A DNA stretch of 41,943 nucleotides from Candidatus Gottesmanbacteria bacterium (GCA_016199185.1 JACQHE010000039.1:1-41943); one strand, 5' to 3'; positions 17,027 to 25,916 are shown, counted from the first letter of the stretch. Translations and numbers: made by a program. Notes: a model not told the origin generated them from the letters alone.

Positions 17027-17218
17027 ATGTTTAAGAATATCATAGCTCCTGTGCAAGCGTGGCTTCTGTCGCAAGGGAAGTGCGTGGGATGCGGCAGACT
17101 GCTCTCGAAAAAATCAGGGAAAGGTCTTGTGCGGGTGACCTGTCATTGCGGCCGCGTATATATGTACGACAGTGGGGGTGGCTCCTTCCGTCGTGCGACA
17201 CTTGATGAAATCAAATAA
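17027..17218 (+). CDS. small zinc-ribbon protein
   Basis: 63 aa with CVGC ... CHC. It overlaps the mltG start by 14 nt. Confidence 0.45.
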   Translation: MFKNIIAPVQAWLLSQGKCVGCGRLLSKKSGKGLVRVTCHCGRVYMYDSGGGSFRRATLDEIK

Positions 17219-18185
17219 ACCTTATCCGACGCGCTTTTTCCTCCTCCTGGCTGTGGCTGTGGCCCTCGTTGCTGCCGGCTGGCTCTGGTGGCGCGATGCG
17301 ATTTCCGCGGTCAACCCGGGGGACAGCTCGCCGCAGATTTTTGTCGTCAAGCGTGGCGAGGGGGTCAAAAGCATTGCCGGGAGGCTTGCGATGGTCGGCT
17401 TGATCCGAAGTCCGACGGGATTTTACATCCTCGTTAAGCTCATGGGACTCGAGCGCGATCTGCAGGCGGGTGATTTTCGGCTCAATCCGGCCATGGATGC
17501 CGGGAGTGTCGCACGGGAGCTTACGCATGGGACGCTGGACGTGTGGGTGACCACGCTTGAAGGGTGGAGAGTGGAGGAAATAGCTGCAAAACTCACGAAA
17601 GAGCTGGATATTCCTGAAAGCGAGTTTGTCAAAGTCGCCCGTGAAGGGTACATGTTTCCGGATACCTACCTCATTCCCCGTGACGCGACCGTAGGAGCGG
17701 TGGCAGCGCTTTTTACCGCTACATTTGATAAGAAAGTTGATGAAGCAATGCGCGCGGATGCCAAGAAAACCGGATTAACGTTTCCGGAAGTAATGACGCT
17801 TGCCTCAATCGTCGAGCGGGAGGGAAGAACGAATGATGACCGGCCGGTGATTGCAGGAATTCTTCTCAAACGTTTGAAAGCCGATTGGCCACTCCAGGCG
17901 GATGCGACCCTCCAGTACGCGCTCGGGTATCAGACGGGGGAGAAGACGTGGTGGAAGAAATCATTATATGAGGAGGACAAAAAGGTGAAGTCCCCGTACA
18001 ATACGTACACCAATCCGGGACTGCCGCCCGGGCCGATTGCCAATCCGGGCCTTTCGGCTATCAAAGCCGTGATTTATCCCAAGGAATCCGATTACTGGTA
18101 TTACCTCCATGATCCCGAAGGCGTCGTGCATTACGCCAAGACGCTCGCGGAGCATAATAGCAACATCGCCAAGTACCTTCGATAA
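17205..18185 (+). CDS. mltG: endolytic murein transglycosylase MltG/YceG
   Basis: Start chosen at MKSNKPY followed by a TM helix. Contains ASIVEREG, LQADATLQYALG and YNTYTNPGLPPGPIANPG. Confidence 0.9.
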   Translation: MKSNKPYPTRFFLLLAVAVALVAAGWLWWRDAISAVNPGDSSPQIFVVKRGEGVKSIAGRLAMVGLIRSPTGFYILVKLMGLERDLQAGDFRLNPAMDAGSVARELTHGTLDVWVTTLEGWRVEEIAAKLTKELDIPESEFVKVAREGYMFPDTYLIPRDATVGAVAALFTATFDKKVDEAMRADAKKTGLTFPEVMTLASIVEREGRTNDDRPVIAGILLKRLKADWPLQADATLQYALGYQTGEKTWWKKSLYEEDKKVKSPYNTYTNPGLPPGPIANPGLSAIKAVIYPKESDYWYYLHDPEGVVHYAKTLAEHNSNIAKYLR

Positions 18186-18202
18186 TCTTCAATACTTGAT
18201 AT

Positions 18203-19312
18203 ATGAGTGCCACCATCACATGTACCCACTGCGGAGCCCAAATAGAAATCACCAAGGCGCTCCTTCATGAAGTGGAGGACCAGGTCAAAGATCGCGTGTG
18301 GGAAGAGGCCACGAAAGCGGCGAGGGAGAAGGCGACTGCAGACATTTCTGTGGCGATGAAGGACCGCGAGAATCAAGTTGCGGAACTGCGTGAGCAGAAT
18401 AAATCGCTTACCGGGCAACTTCTCGATCTGAATAAATCCATCAGAGATCTGAAAAGTCAGGATGAAAAACGTTCACTCGAATATGAGAAGCGATTGAATG
18501 AAGCGATAGACAGAAACCGCGAAGAACTTGCCAAAACGTTTGGCGAGAAGTCCCAGATGGAAGTCCTGGAGCTCAAAAAACAACTCGAGGATACCAAAAA
18601 AGCCCTCGATGACGCCAAAAACAAGTTGGCGCAGAAGTCCCAGCAACTCCAGGGCGAGGTCCTGGAGCTTAATATCGAAGAAAAGCTAAAAAGCGCTTTT
18701 CTTTATGATGATATTGCCCCTGTCGGGAAGGGTACCCAGGGCGCAGACATCATTCAGACGGTCAAAAATCAGGCGGGCAAAGCTGCAGGTATCATCCTTT
18801 GGGAAACGAAACGCGCTAAGTGGACGCCCAGTTGGCTCCCGAAACTTCGTGAGGACGGACGGAATGCCGGCGCTACCATAGTTGTACTTATTTCTGAAAG
18901 CGTACCGGAGGACATAGGGACGTTTGCCATGCGGGAGGGAGTTGTCGTTACCACGTACCCATTTATCTTGCCGCTGGCGGAACTTTTGCGCCGGGCCGTC
19001 ATGCAGGTCGCCCAGGCCCGGTCGGTTGCCGCCAACAAAGACGAGAAGTTAGAGTTCTTGTATCAATATTTAAGCAGCGACACGTTCCGCCACCGGTTTG
19101 AAGCGTACGCGGAGACCATCAAGGGCATGGAAGAGGATCTGGCCACCGAGCGCCGGAGCATGGAGCGGCTCTGGAAGAAGCGCGAGATGCAGATCCGCCG
19201 CTCTTTGGATAACATGGCCAAGATGTACGGCGAGCTCCAGGGCATCATGGGCCCGGCACTTCCCGAGATCCGCGTCTTCTCCCTGCCGGAAGGATCAGAG
19301 GATTCTTCTTAA
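18203..19312 (+). CDS. DUF2130-like protein (zinc ribbon, coiled coil, PD-(D/E)xK-like C-domain)
   Basis: 369 aa. N-terminal CTHCGAQ, then a long Glu/Lys coiled coil, then GADIIQ ... ILWETKR (D...ExK). Confidence 0.7.
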   Translation: MSATITCTHCGAQIEITKALLHEVEDQVKDRVWEEATKAAREKATADISVAMKDRENQVAELREQNKSLTGQLLDLNKSIRDLKSQDEKRSLEYEKRLNEAIDRNREELAKTFGEKSQMEVLELKKQLEDTKKALDDAKNKLAQKSQQLQGEVLELNIEEKLKSAFLYDDIAPVGKGTQGADIIQTVKNQAGKAAGIILWETKRAKWTPSWLPKLREDGRNAGATIVVLISESVPEDIGTFAMREGVVVTTYPFILPLAELLRRAVMQVAQARSVAANKDEKLEFLYQYLSSDTFRHRFEAYAETIKGMEEDLATERRSMERLWKKREMQIRRSLDNMAKMYGELQGIMGPALPEIRVFSLPEGSEDSS

Positions 19313-19560
19313 AGCGGGAGCGGGCGTTGGGGTGACGGCGGCTCTTTGTGGGGTGGGGCGTGCTTGGCTTTTTCTTTTTCTTCAATGGTCTCGGCGACCA
19401 TGTACTCCAGAAGATCACTGCGGGCAATCGCGTAAATCCCGTGACCACCGGCAGACAGGTGCCGGGCTTTGAGCCTCTTGCCCTCGATCCACCGCCGGAT
19501 GGTCCCGGGATGTTTATGGAGAAACGTGGCCGCCTCCTCAACCGTCACAATATCGTTCAC
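19309..19560 (-). CDS. excisionase/MerR-type helix-turn-helix protein
   Basis: 83 aa. VTVEEAATFLHKHPGTIRRWIEGKRLKA is the excisionase-family HTH pattern. Pro/Lys-rich tail. Confidence 0.75.
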   Translation of the reverse strand: MNDIVTVEEAATFLHKHPGTIRRWIEGKRLKARHLSAGGHGIYAIARSDLLEYMVAETIEEKEKAKHAPPHKEPPSPQRPLPL

Positions 19561-19793
19561 AGCAGCTCATAGTATAACACGTGGAGAGAGATGTATACTT
19601 AATGCATGGACAGGACGCTGCGGATAACCATACGGGTAAGGAAATATCTTTGGAAAGACTTTGTCTACGACGTGTGTTATGTGCTGTATGCAACCATCAT
19701 GATTGCCAACGCGTTGTCGAAACGGTATCTTAAGTGTTCAATTCCCGCGCTTTGTCTTCGGATGCGCGTCCCTGTGGTGAAGTTAGGCGAGTC

Positions 19794-19919
19794 GATGGAT
19801 TCCATCCTAAAAAACTCCGTTCTGTTTTTTTTACTCATCTCGTTCGGAATTGCCGGGCTCTTGTATACGGCCGGCATCCCCATCATCCTCTTCCTCGCCG
19901 CCATGGGCCGGATACAGTA
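19794..19919 (+). CDS. possible 41-aa hydrophobic peptide
   Basis: MDSILKNSVLFFLLISFGIAGLLYTAGIPIILFLAAMGRIQ is the only protein-like part of the 104-aa track ORF. The ribosome-binding site is weak. Confidence 0.2.
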
Positions 19920-19937
19920 AGAAAAAACAGAATACCC

Positions 19938-19984
19938 CACCCCCTACATTTTGGCCGCAGAGGGGTATACAATAGGGCAGAATG
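19938..19984 (+). repeat. promoter-like direct repeat, copy 1 (ends in ATG)
   Basis: CACCCCCTACATTTTGGCCGCAGAGGGGTATACAATAGGGCAGAATG. It differs from 20738-20785 by one C indel and one G/A. Confidence 0.85.
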
Positions 19985-19995
19985 CTTCAAAATCT

Positions 19996-20652
19996 ATGGC
20001 ATATATTTTCCTCGATGAGAGCGGGGACTTAGGTTTTACTTCTGGGAAGAAGAACTCCGACTATTTTGTCATCACATTTATAGCCTGTGAAGACAAACGG
20101 GCGCTTGAGAAAGTGGTAAAAAATGTTCATCGATCTCTCCGGAAAAAGATCAAACGATTATCAGGTGGCGTACTTCATTGTTACAAGGAGAAGCCGAAAA
20201 CCCGCAGAAAAATGCTGTCGATAGTATCAGGTCTTGAGATTTCTGTAATGACGGTCTGTTTAAATAAGAGTCGTGTCCATACAAACCTCAAAGAAGAAAA
20301 ACACCTATTATATAACTACGTTGCCAATATCCTTCTTGATAGAATTTTGACCAAGAAACTTGTTAGTACGAGCGGAAAAGTTACGCTCATCGCTTCCAAG
20401 CGGGAAACCAATAGATTCTTAAACGAAAATTTTTCCTCTTATTTAGCAGATCAAGCTCGAAGGAATCACAAGATGAATCTGGAAATACTGATTCGGACCC
20501 CATCAGAAGAAAAAGGATTGCAGGCTGCCGATTTTGTCAGCTGGTCAATCTTTAAGAAATATGAAGAAAGTGATGATACCTACTACAAAATGATTAAAAA
20601 GAAGATTGTTGAAGAGAATATGCTTTTCGGCTCCAATACGACAAAACCCTAG
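19996..20652 (+). CDS. DUF3800 domain protein
   Basis: Start chosen at MAYIFLDESGDLGF, the family-typical opening. LQAADFVSW lies near the C-terminus. 218 aa. Confidence 0.75.
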   Translation: MAYIFLDESGDLGFTSGKKNSDYFVITFIACEDKRALEKVVKNVHRSLRKKIKRLSGGVLHCYKEKPKTRRKMLSIVSGLEISVMTVCLNKSRVHTNLKEEKHLLYNYVANILLDRILTKKLVSTSGKVTLIASKRETNRFLNENFSSYLADQARRNHKMNLEILIRTPSEEKGLQAADFVSWSIFKKYEESDDTYYKMIKKKIVEENMLFGSNTTKP

Positions 20653-20737
20653 GCGCTATTTACGAGGAACCATCCGGAACCCCACGTCTAGGGATTTACT
20701 TGTCACCTGTTATTATACACGAACCGTCAAGTCCGTG

Positions 20738-20785
20738 CACCCCCCTACATTTTGACCGCAGAGGGGTATACAATAGGGCAGAATG
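20738..20785 (+). repeat. promoter-like direct repeat, copy 2 (its ATG is the type IIG start codon)
   Basis: CACCCCCCTACATTTTGACCGCAGAGGGGTATACAATAGGGCAGAATG. TACAAT at 20769-20774 lies 8 nt before ATG 20783. Confidence 0.85.
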
Positions 20786-23700
20786 AGTAATTCCTTGCAT
20801 GATATAAAACAGTTGTGGGCGAAGGATAAAGATTACTACCGCAAAGTTGAGGTTGGGACGGGTGTGCAAAGTTTTGTTAAAAAGCTCCTCGAGTCTGAAG
20901 AGATATTTAATCTTAACGAAGGTAAACTATCTACAAATACTCTCATAAGAAAAAACGAATTCATTCAAGAAAAAGATGCGAAAGAGAGGCGGAGAGCTGA
21001 TTTCTATATTTACATTACCCAAGATATCGCCATACCCATCGAGGTCGAGTGTTACGGAAATATCAAGGCGGGAGTTATACAATTACTTAACTACCAAAAA
21101 GATTTCGACAAGCATTATGGAATACTTACTGATGGCTATGAGTGGCGATTCTATAATAACAACGCTTACAAAGCATTCACCTTAGACGACATTTTCGAAC
21201 ATATCGATCCTTTCCTCACTTTTTGGAAGGAATATATCAAACCAGAGTTTTACTATCTTTCATTCTTTGAAAGGACAGGACAACTCGCACTTATTGAAGA
21301 AACAAAACTTCATGTTGAAGACAATCGTCAACTTTTCTTTGAGGATATCACCAAGCTTATTCAGTCGTTTAAGAACAAGCTACAAATTGAGGGGTATCTT
21401 AAAGAAGTAGACAAAAAGACGCGAGAGAAACGAGCAATTGAGCTAACCTATGCCTACGTCATCCAATTTATTCTCTACAAAACATTGGTGGACAATGACT
21501 TCGACGATTTCACTAAAGAATTTGAAACAACCGTTACCAAGATACATGAGTCTCTAAAAGATAAGCGGTACAAGGATATCTTAGGTATTATCGAAGGCAT
21601 CTCGGCTAATATTTCAAGGAATGTCTATCGCCCATTCACTAAAGAGCAGGAGTTTATAAAAGAGAAGATTCAAGAGCTATATCATAGCCTTGAAAATAGC
21701 CTCTCTGACGTTTCCCCATGGCTTGATATCTTCATTTTTATCAAGAAATACAACTACGCTAACGTCAGAAACGAAATTTTTGGTTACATCTATGAAAACT
21801 ATCTAAAGGAACTTTACGAAGAAAGCAAGAAAGGTCAATACTTCACCGATCCGGCAGTCGTTAACTTTATGCTTGACCAAATCGGCTATACCCCAGAAGT
21901 TGTGGCAAGAAGAGCATCACAAGATCCCGATAGCGTCTCCATCATCGACCCCTCTTGTGGTAGCGGTACATTCCTTTACTCAGCAACGGATTCGATAGTC
22001 AAAGCCTTTCAAGGCGATAGTGAAGAAGCTTCCGAAAAGATTGAGAAAGTAGTTACTAATGGTGTTTTCGGACTCGACATTGAAGAGTTCCCTCTTTATT
22101 TGGCTGAGATGAATATCTTGATGCGTATGCTTCCTCTTATCATCAACGAAAAGTACAACAATCCCATTGACAAGAAAATTAAAGTTTTCAAAACAATGGA
22201 TTCAGTCTCTGAGTTTATGGACACCGCACTTAGAAATACTATTAACGATACAAATGTTGAGTTTGAGAAGAACAAGGGTCAGACATCGTTATTCTCGATA
22301 TTTGAGAAAAAGTTGAACCTTGGTTACTCAAGTTATGTTCGTGATGAAGATGACCTGCAGGAAATGAAAACGAGCCTTGAAAATCAGCCTGATGTTCCAA
22401 GACGACGTTTTGACTATGTTATCGGCAATCCACCTTATATTCCATATAACGAATGCGCAAAACAACGTGTGCTTATATTTGAATTGATGAAGCAGGGCAA
22501 GTCAAAATTAAGCGATATATATGGAGTAAATTTGCATAGTACTCCAACTCGACAAAAAAGAAATCCTCCAAAACCAAATTTTTATGCATTTTTCATAGCA
22601 CTTGGATTGGCCTTACTAAAAGATGAAGGCAAATTATGTTTCATTGTTCCTCAAACAATATTGACGGCTGGGGACTTAGATATTATTCGATATCACTTAG
22701 TTAAACTTACGACAATTGAGAAGGTTATTACATTTAGTGGGAAGATGTTTTTAGGGCGTGGGCTTAGACAAAATAAACCTGTTGCTACATCAAGTTTAAT
22801 CTTTGTTGTAACAAGAAAGGTTCCACCAACACTTCATGAAGTTGATATAGTGAATTACTTTGGTTCAGACATAGACATAGAAACTATATTTAGGAACATT
22901 AGAGAAGGAAAAAAAATTAAGAAAAAGAGAATCCTCCAATCAAAGCTGCTCCAAAGTATAGAAAATTGGAATCTAATTAGGTTAGATAAACAAACAATTG
23001 ACTTCTTAGAGGAATATAAAGCTAAAACCAACGATTTAAGTGAATACTACACTCACTCTTTAGCAGATTTTCACTATAAGAGTAACTTCTATTTTGACAT
23101 TGGCTACGAAATCAACGAGAAATTACTTTTACAAGAACCCTCAGTCTATAAATACCCAAAGTTGGACATCAATTTTTCGGTTAAAAAATGGAGAGGTTTT
23201 TGGCCGAACGAAAGAAATAAAAATTCCCGATATTTCATCAAGCTTCTGACCACTAATCAAGGCCATAATTTACTAGATAGTCCCTTCAAAGTATTATGGT
23301 CTTACATCAATCCGAATAAATTCCACTTTTCATCGGAACCTTTGATATGGGCAAGGAATCAAATATGTGCAATTGGTAGCAAAAACAAAGAAGAAATATT
23401 GTATCTTTTTTGTCTGCTCAACTCACCAATTACAAAACTGATTCTTTCATCTTTATTGAGGTCAGAGAATGAAAAGGATTTTTTGATCTCCATCGCTTCA
23501 GTTAAAGGGTTTATTCGTGTACCACGAATAACTGATAACAACAAACACCTCAAAAATTCAGTCATAAGTTTGACCGTAAAGCTCTTGGACTTAGAGAAAT
23601 TAACTCTTGCAGATTTAGTTGACTTCTCAGGGACCTTAAAACAAAAATTTGACAAAGTTAATGTTCAGGATAGCTATCTCGTTTTAGAAAAAGACGGCGA

Positions 23701-23992
23701 GAAGTTAGAGTTGCCAATCAAGAAGGATACATTATTAGTTAGTAAAATTATTGAGGCTCACTACACCAAAAAAGGTCTTGATTTAGAAGGTAAAACGATT
23801 ACCCTGTCGGAACTTGTATCACTACCCGCGATTGACTTTGAGAAACAAAAAAAGATCAAGGATACTATAGATGATTTAGTTTTTTGTCTCTATTTCAATA
23901 TAGATATACCGAAAAATAAAGTCACCGACGTAAAATTTATTAAATCCAGCTGCGAGAAGAATAAGTTTTATAAACTAGTAAACCATGAATAA
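20783..23992 (+). CDS. type IIG restriction-modification enzyme (PD-(D/E)xK N-domain + gamma-class N6-adenine methyltransferase + C-terminal specificity region)
   Basis: 1069 aa. N-terminal ADFYIY...IPIEVEC...QLLNY...GILTDGYEWRFY. MTase motif I IIDPSCGSGTFLYSA and motif IV VIGNPPYIPY. Strongly AT-rich. Confidence 0.85.
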   Translation: MSNSLHDIKQLWAKDKDYYRKVEVGTGVQSFVKKLLESEEIFNLNEGKLSTNTLIRKNEFIQEKDAKERRRADFYIYITQDIAIPIEVECYGNIKAGVIQLLNYQKDFDKHYGILTDGYEWRFYNNNAYKAFTLDDIFEHIDPFLTFWKEYIKPEFYYLSFFERTGQLALIEETKLHVEDNRQLFFEDITKLIQSFKNKLQIEGYLKEVDKKTREKRAIELTYAYVIQFILYKTLVDNDFDDFTKEFETTVTKIHESLKDKRYKDILGIIEGISANISRNVYRPFTKEQEFIKEKIQELYHSLENSLSDVSPWLDIFIFIKKYNYANVRNEIFGYIYENYLKELYEESKKGQYFTDPAVVNFMLDQIGYTPEVVARRASQDPDSVSIIDPSCGSGTFLYSATDSIVKAFQGDSEEASEKIEKVVTNGVFGLDIEEFPLYLAEMNILMRMLPLIINEKYNNPIDKKIKVFKTMDSVSEFMDTALRNTINDTNVEFEKNKGQTSLFSIFEKKLNLGYSSYVRDEDDLQEMKTSLENQPDVPRRRFDYVIGNPPYIPYNECAKQRVLIFELMKQGKSKLSDIYGVNLHSTPTRQKRNPPKPNFYAFFIALGLALLKDEGKLCFIVPQTILTAGDLDIIRYHLVKLTTIEKVITFSGKMFLGRGLRQNKPVATSSLIFVVTRKVPPTLHEVDIVNYFGSDIDIETIFRNIREGKKIKKKRILQSKLLQSIENWNLIRLDKQTIDFLEEYKAKTNDLSEYYTHSLADFHYKSNFYFDIGYEINEKLLLQEPSVYKYPKLDINFSVKKWRGFWPNERNKNSRYFIKLLTTNQGHNLLDSPFKVLWSYINPNKFHFSSEPLIWARNQICAIGSKNKEEILYLFCLLNSPITKLILSSLLRSENEKDFLISIASVKGFIRVPRITDNNKHLKNSVISLTVKLLDLEKLTLADLVDFSGTLKQKFDKVNVQDSYLVLEKDGEKLELPIKKDTLLVSKIIEAHYTKKGLDLEGKTITLSELVSLPAIDFEKQKKIKDTIDDLVFCLYFNIDIPKNKVTDVKFIKSSCEKNKFYKLVNHE

Positions 23993-23998
23993 TATTTA

Positions 23999-24018
23999 TT
24001 CCCCTATTTAGAGGGGAA
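23999..24018 (+). terminator. hairpin after the type IIG gene
   Basis: TTCCCCT-ATTTAG-AGGGGAA begins 7 nt after the stop codon. No clear T-run follows. Confidence 0.4.
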
Positions 24019-24120
24019 CTAGCTTTACTAATAGAAATGTTAGATTTTATGTTTGAAGCACAATTTAGAAAAATCAGCAAAGGTTGAATAATAGGATTAG
24101 ACATCGGCGTGTGTATTTGT

Positions 24121-24711
24121 ATGCAGACTTTTTCTAAAAGAAACAATCTTAAAGGTGAATATTCCGGTTATGGAAGAGCATCTCTGAGTCTTAGAAATAG
24201 ACTACTCCAATTATATGGACTCCCTTATAGTGGCAATGAATTCCACTTCGGTTTGGGTAACACCAATTGGATACATGAAATTGCTTTTAGCAAAGATTTA
24301 CAAATGCATTTTGGTCGAATAATTCCAATCGAAGCCTTTCGGGATGAATCACTAACAACTTATGATGAAATATTTGATTTTATTGAGCTTTATTATGCCC
24401 GAGCTGTTGAGGATTTAGATGGGCACAAAAGGTTAATACTTATTAGAGATATTGTCACAGCGTTTAATAGTTCTGGTTCTGTTTATGAATTCAGCAATGA
24501 TGGAGAAGTAATTTTGAGGATTGATGACGATACTGCTGAAAAAATCACCGAAGTAGACACCATTCTTAAGCCTTTTCCTGAGGCTCAGGAAGTGTATAGG
24601 GATTGCGCTAGAGGCTTATTTACTCGCTCAAAAGTCCCTAAAAACGTTGTGGGAGACATGTATGTAGTTTTTGAGGAATATCTAAAAAAAGTAGTCATCA
24701 AAGTACAGTAG
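24121..24711 (+). CDS. AbiJ-like abortive-infection protein, N-terminal part (frame broken at an A7 tract)
   Basis: MQTFSKRNNL...LSLRNRLLQLY matches the AbiJ N-terminal domain opening (FSxRN ... LRNxLW). The frame ends 6 codons after AAAAAAA at 24684-24690. Confidence 0.6.
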   Translation: MQTFSKRNNLKGEYSGYGRASLSLRNRLLQLYGLPYSGNEFHFGLGNTNWIHEIAFSKDLQMHFGRIIPIEAFRDESLTTYDEIFDFIELYYARAVEDLDGHKRLILIRDIVTAFNSSGSVYEFSNDGEVILRIDDDTAEKITEVDTILKPFPEAQEVYRDCARGLFTRSKVPKNVVGDMYVVFEEYLKKVVIKVQ

Positions 24712-24728
24712 ATAAAGCAATCCAACAT

Positions 24729-24935
24729 TTGCTGACTAAGCTATTATTACACCCAACTCAAATTTCAATAACTGAAAAATTAAAAGCCTACCGTGGAGAT
24801 GTTTGGGGACCGGCTCACGCAGGAAATAGCCCGAAGCCAGATGAAAGTGATGCTTTATGGTATTTGGAGTCGATTGTTGCGCAAATAAAATACATCGATC
24901 GTAAAATCAAGCAAGTTGAAGAAAAAGAAAATTAA
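24729..24935 (+). CDS. AbiJ-like protein, C-terminal Abi_C/HEPN part (other frame)
   Basis: This frame is open from 24675. KLKAYRGDVWGPAHAGN...ALWYLESIVAQIKYI fits the Abi_C/HEPN R-x-n-H-G core. There is no independent ATG or SD (the track start is a TTG). Confidence 0.55.
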   Translation: MLTKLLLHPTQISITEKLKAYRGDVWGPAHAGNSPKPDESDALWYLESIVAQIKYIDRKIKQVEEKEN

Positions 24936-24997
24936 CCACCTATGCACATCAACCCTGTGGGTTAGATAGGTTTTTGGATATGTTTTTGCACAAAAGC

Positions 24998-25870
24998 ATG
25001 ATGAAAGAAATGAAACAGACGAAATACAAATTGGCAATTTTTGAAGGTCGGAAGATCCGCCGCCATTGGGATGCGGAGAAAGAACTCTGGTATTTTTCAG
25101 TGGTGGATATTGTGGCTATCCTAACAAATCAGCCAAACTTTCAGTTAGCCAGAAATTACTGGAAAGTATTGAAAAGTCGTTTAAAAAAAGAGGGGAGTGA
25201 AGCGGTTTCAAAATGTAACCGGTTGAAAATGGAGGCGGAAGACGGAAAATTAAGAGAAACTGACGCGGCGGATGTAGAAACGATTTTGCGATTAGTGCAA
25301 TCAATACCCAGCCCCAAAGCCGAACCGATAAAGTTATGGTTGGCGCGTGTGGGCTACGAACGAATCCAGGAAACAACAGATCCGGAAAAGTCCATAAACA
25401 GGGGCAGAATGAATTGGCAAAAAATGGGCCGGAGTCAAAAGTGGATACAGCAGCGAATGATGGGACAGGAAATCCGCAACAAGTTAACGGATTACTGGAA
25501 ACATCACGAAGTAAAAGAACAGGACGAATACGCGATTTTGACAAATATTATTCATGAGGAATGGAGCGATTTTTCAGTAAGGGAACATAAAGCAATTAAA
25601 AGGCTTAAAACAGAAAACCTCCGCGACCATATGACGGACGCGGAACTGGTATTTACTGCCCTTGCGGAACTTTCCACGCGACAAATTGCCGAAACAATGA
25701 GATCAAGAGGTTTGGAAGAAAATAAAATTCCTGCTAAAAAAGGCGGCCGGATTGCTAAAAACGCCAGACTAGAGTTGGAGCAAAAAACCGGAAAGAAGGT
25801 CATCAGCGGGTCAAATTATCTTCCGCAAGGACGAAAAAGATTGTGGAAATCAACCCGAGGGGTTAAATAA
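24998..25870 (+). CDS. Bro-N / DinD-like DNA-binding protein (paralogue 2)
   Basis: KYKLAIFEGRKIRRHWDAEKELWYFSVVDIVAIL plus the shared C-terminal region with 1036-1857. The start is uncertain (ATG at 24980, 24998, 25001 or 25010). Confidence 0.6.
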   Translation: MMKEMKQTKYKLAIFEGRKIRRHWDAEKELWYFSVVDIVAILTNQPNFQLARNYWKVLKSRLKKEGSEAVSKCNRLKMEAEDGKLRETDAADVETILRLVQSIPSPKAEPIKLWLARVGYERIQETTDPEKSINRGRMNWQKMGRSQKWIQQRMMGQEIRNKLTDYWKHHEVKEQDEYAILTNIIHEEWSDFSVREHKAIKRLKTENLRDHMTDAELVFTALAELSTRQIAETMRSRGLEENKIPAKKGGRIAKNARLELEQKTGKKVISGSNYLPQGRKRLWKSTRGVK

Positions 25871-25916
25871 TTTTTTGATTCTGTTTTGCATAAAAACATG
25901 GAAGGAGAACGGACGT

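Noticed and set aside
19951-19995. TTG start at 19951 for the DUF3800 ORF (track start)
   Set aside because: The extra 15 codons lie inside the promoter-like repeat. DUF3800 proteins typically begin at the M-x-Y/I-I-F-x-DESG motif, found here at 19996.
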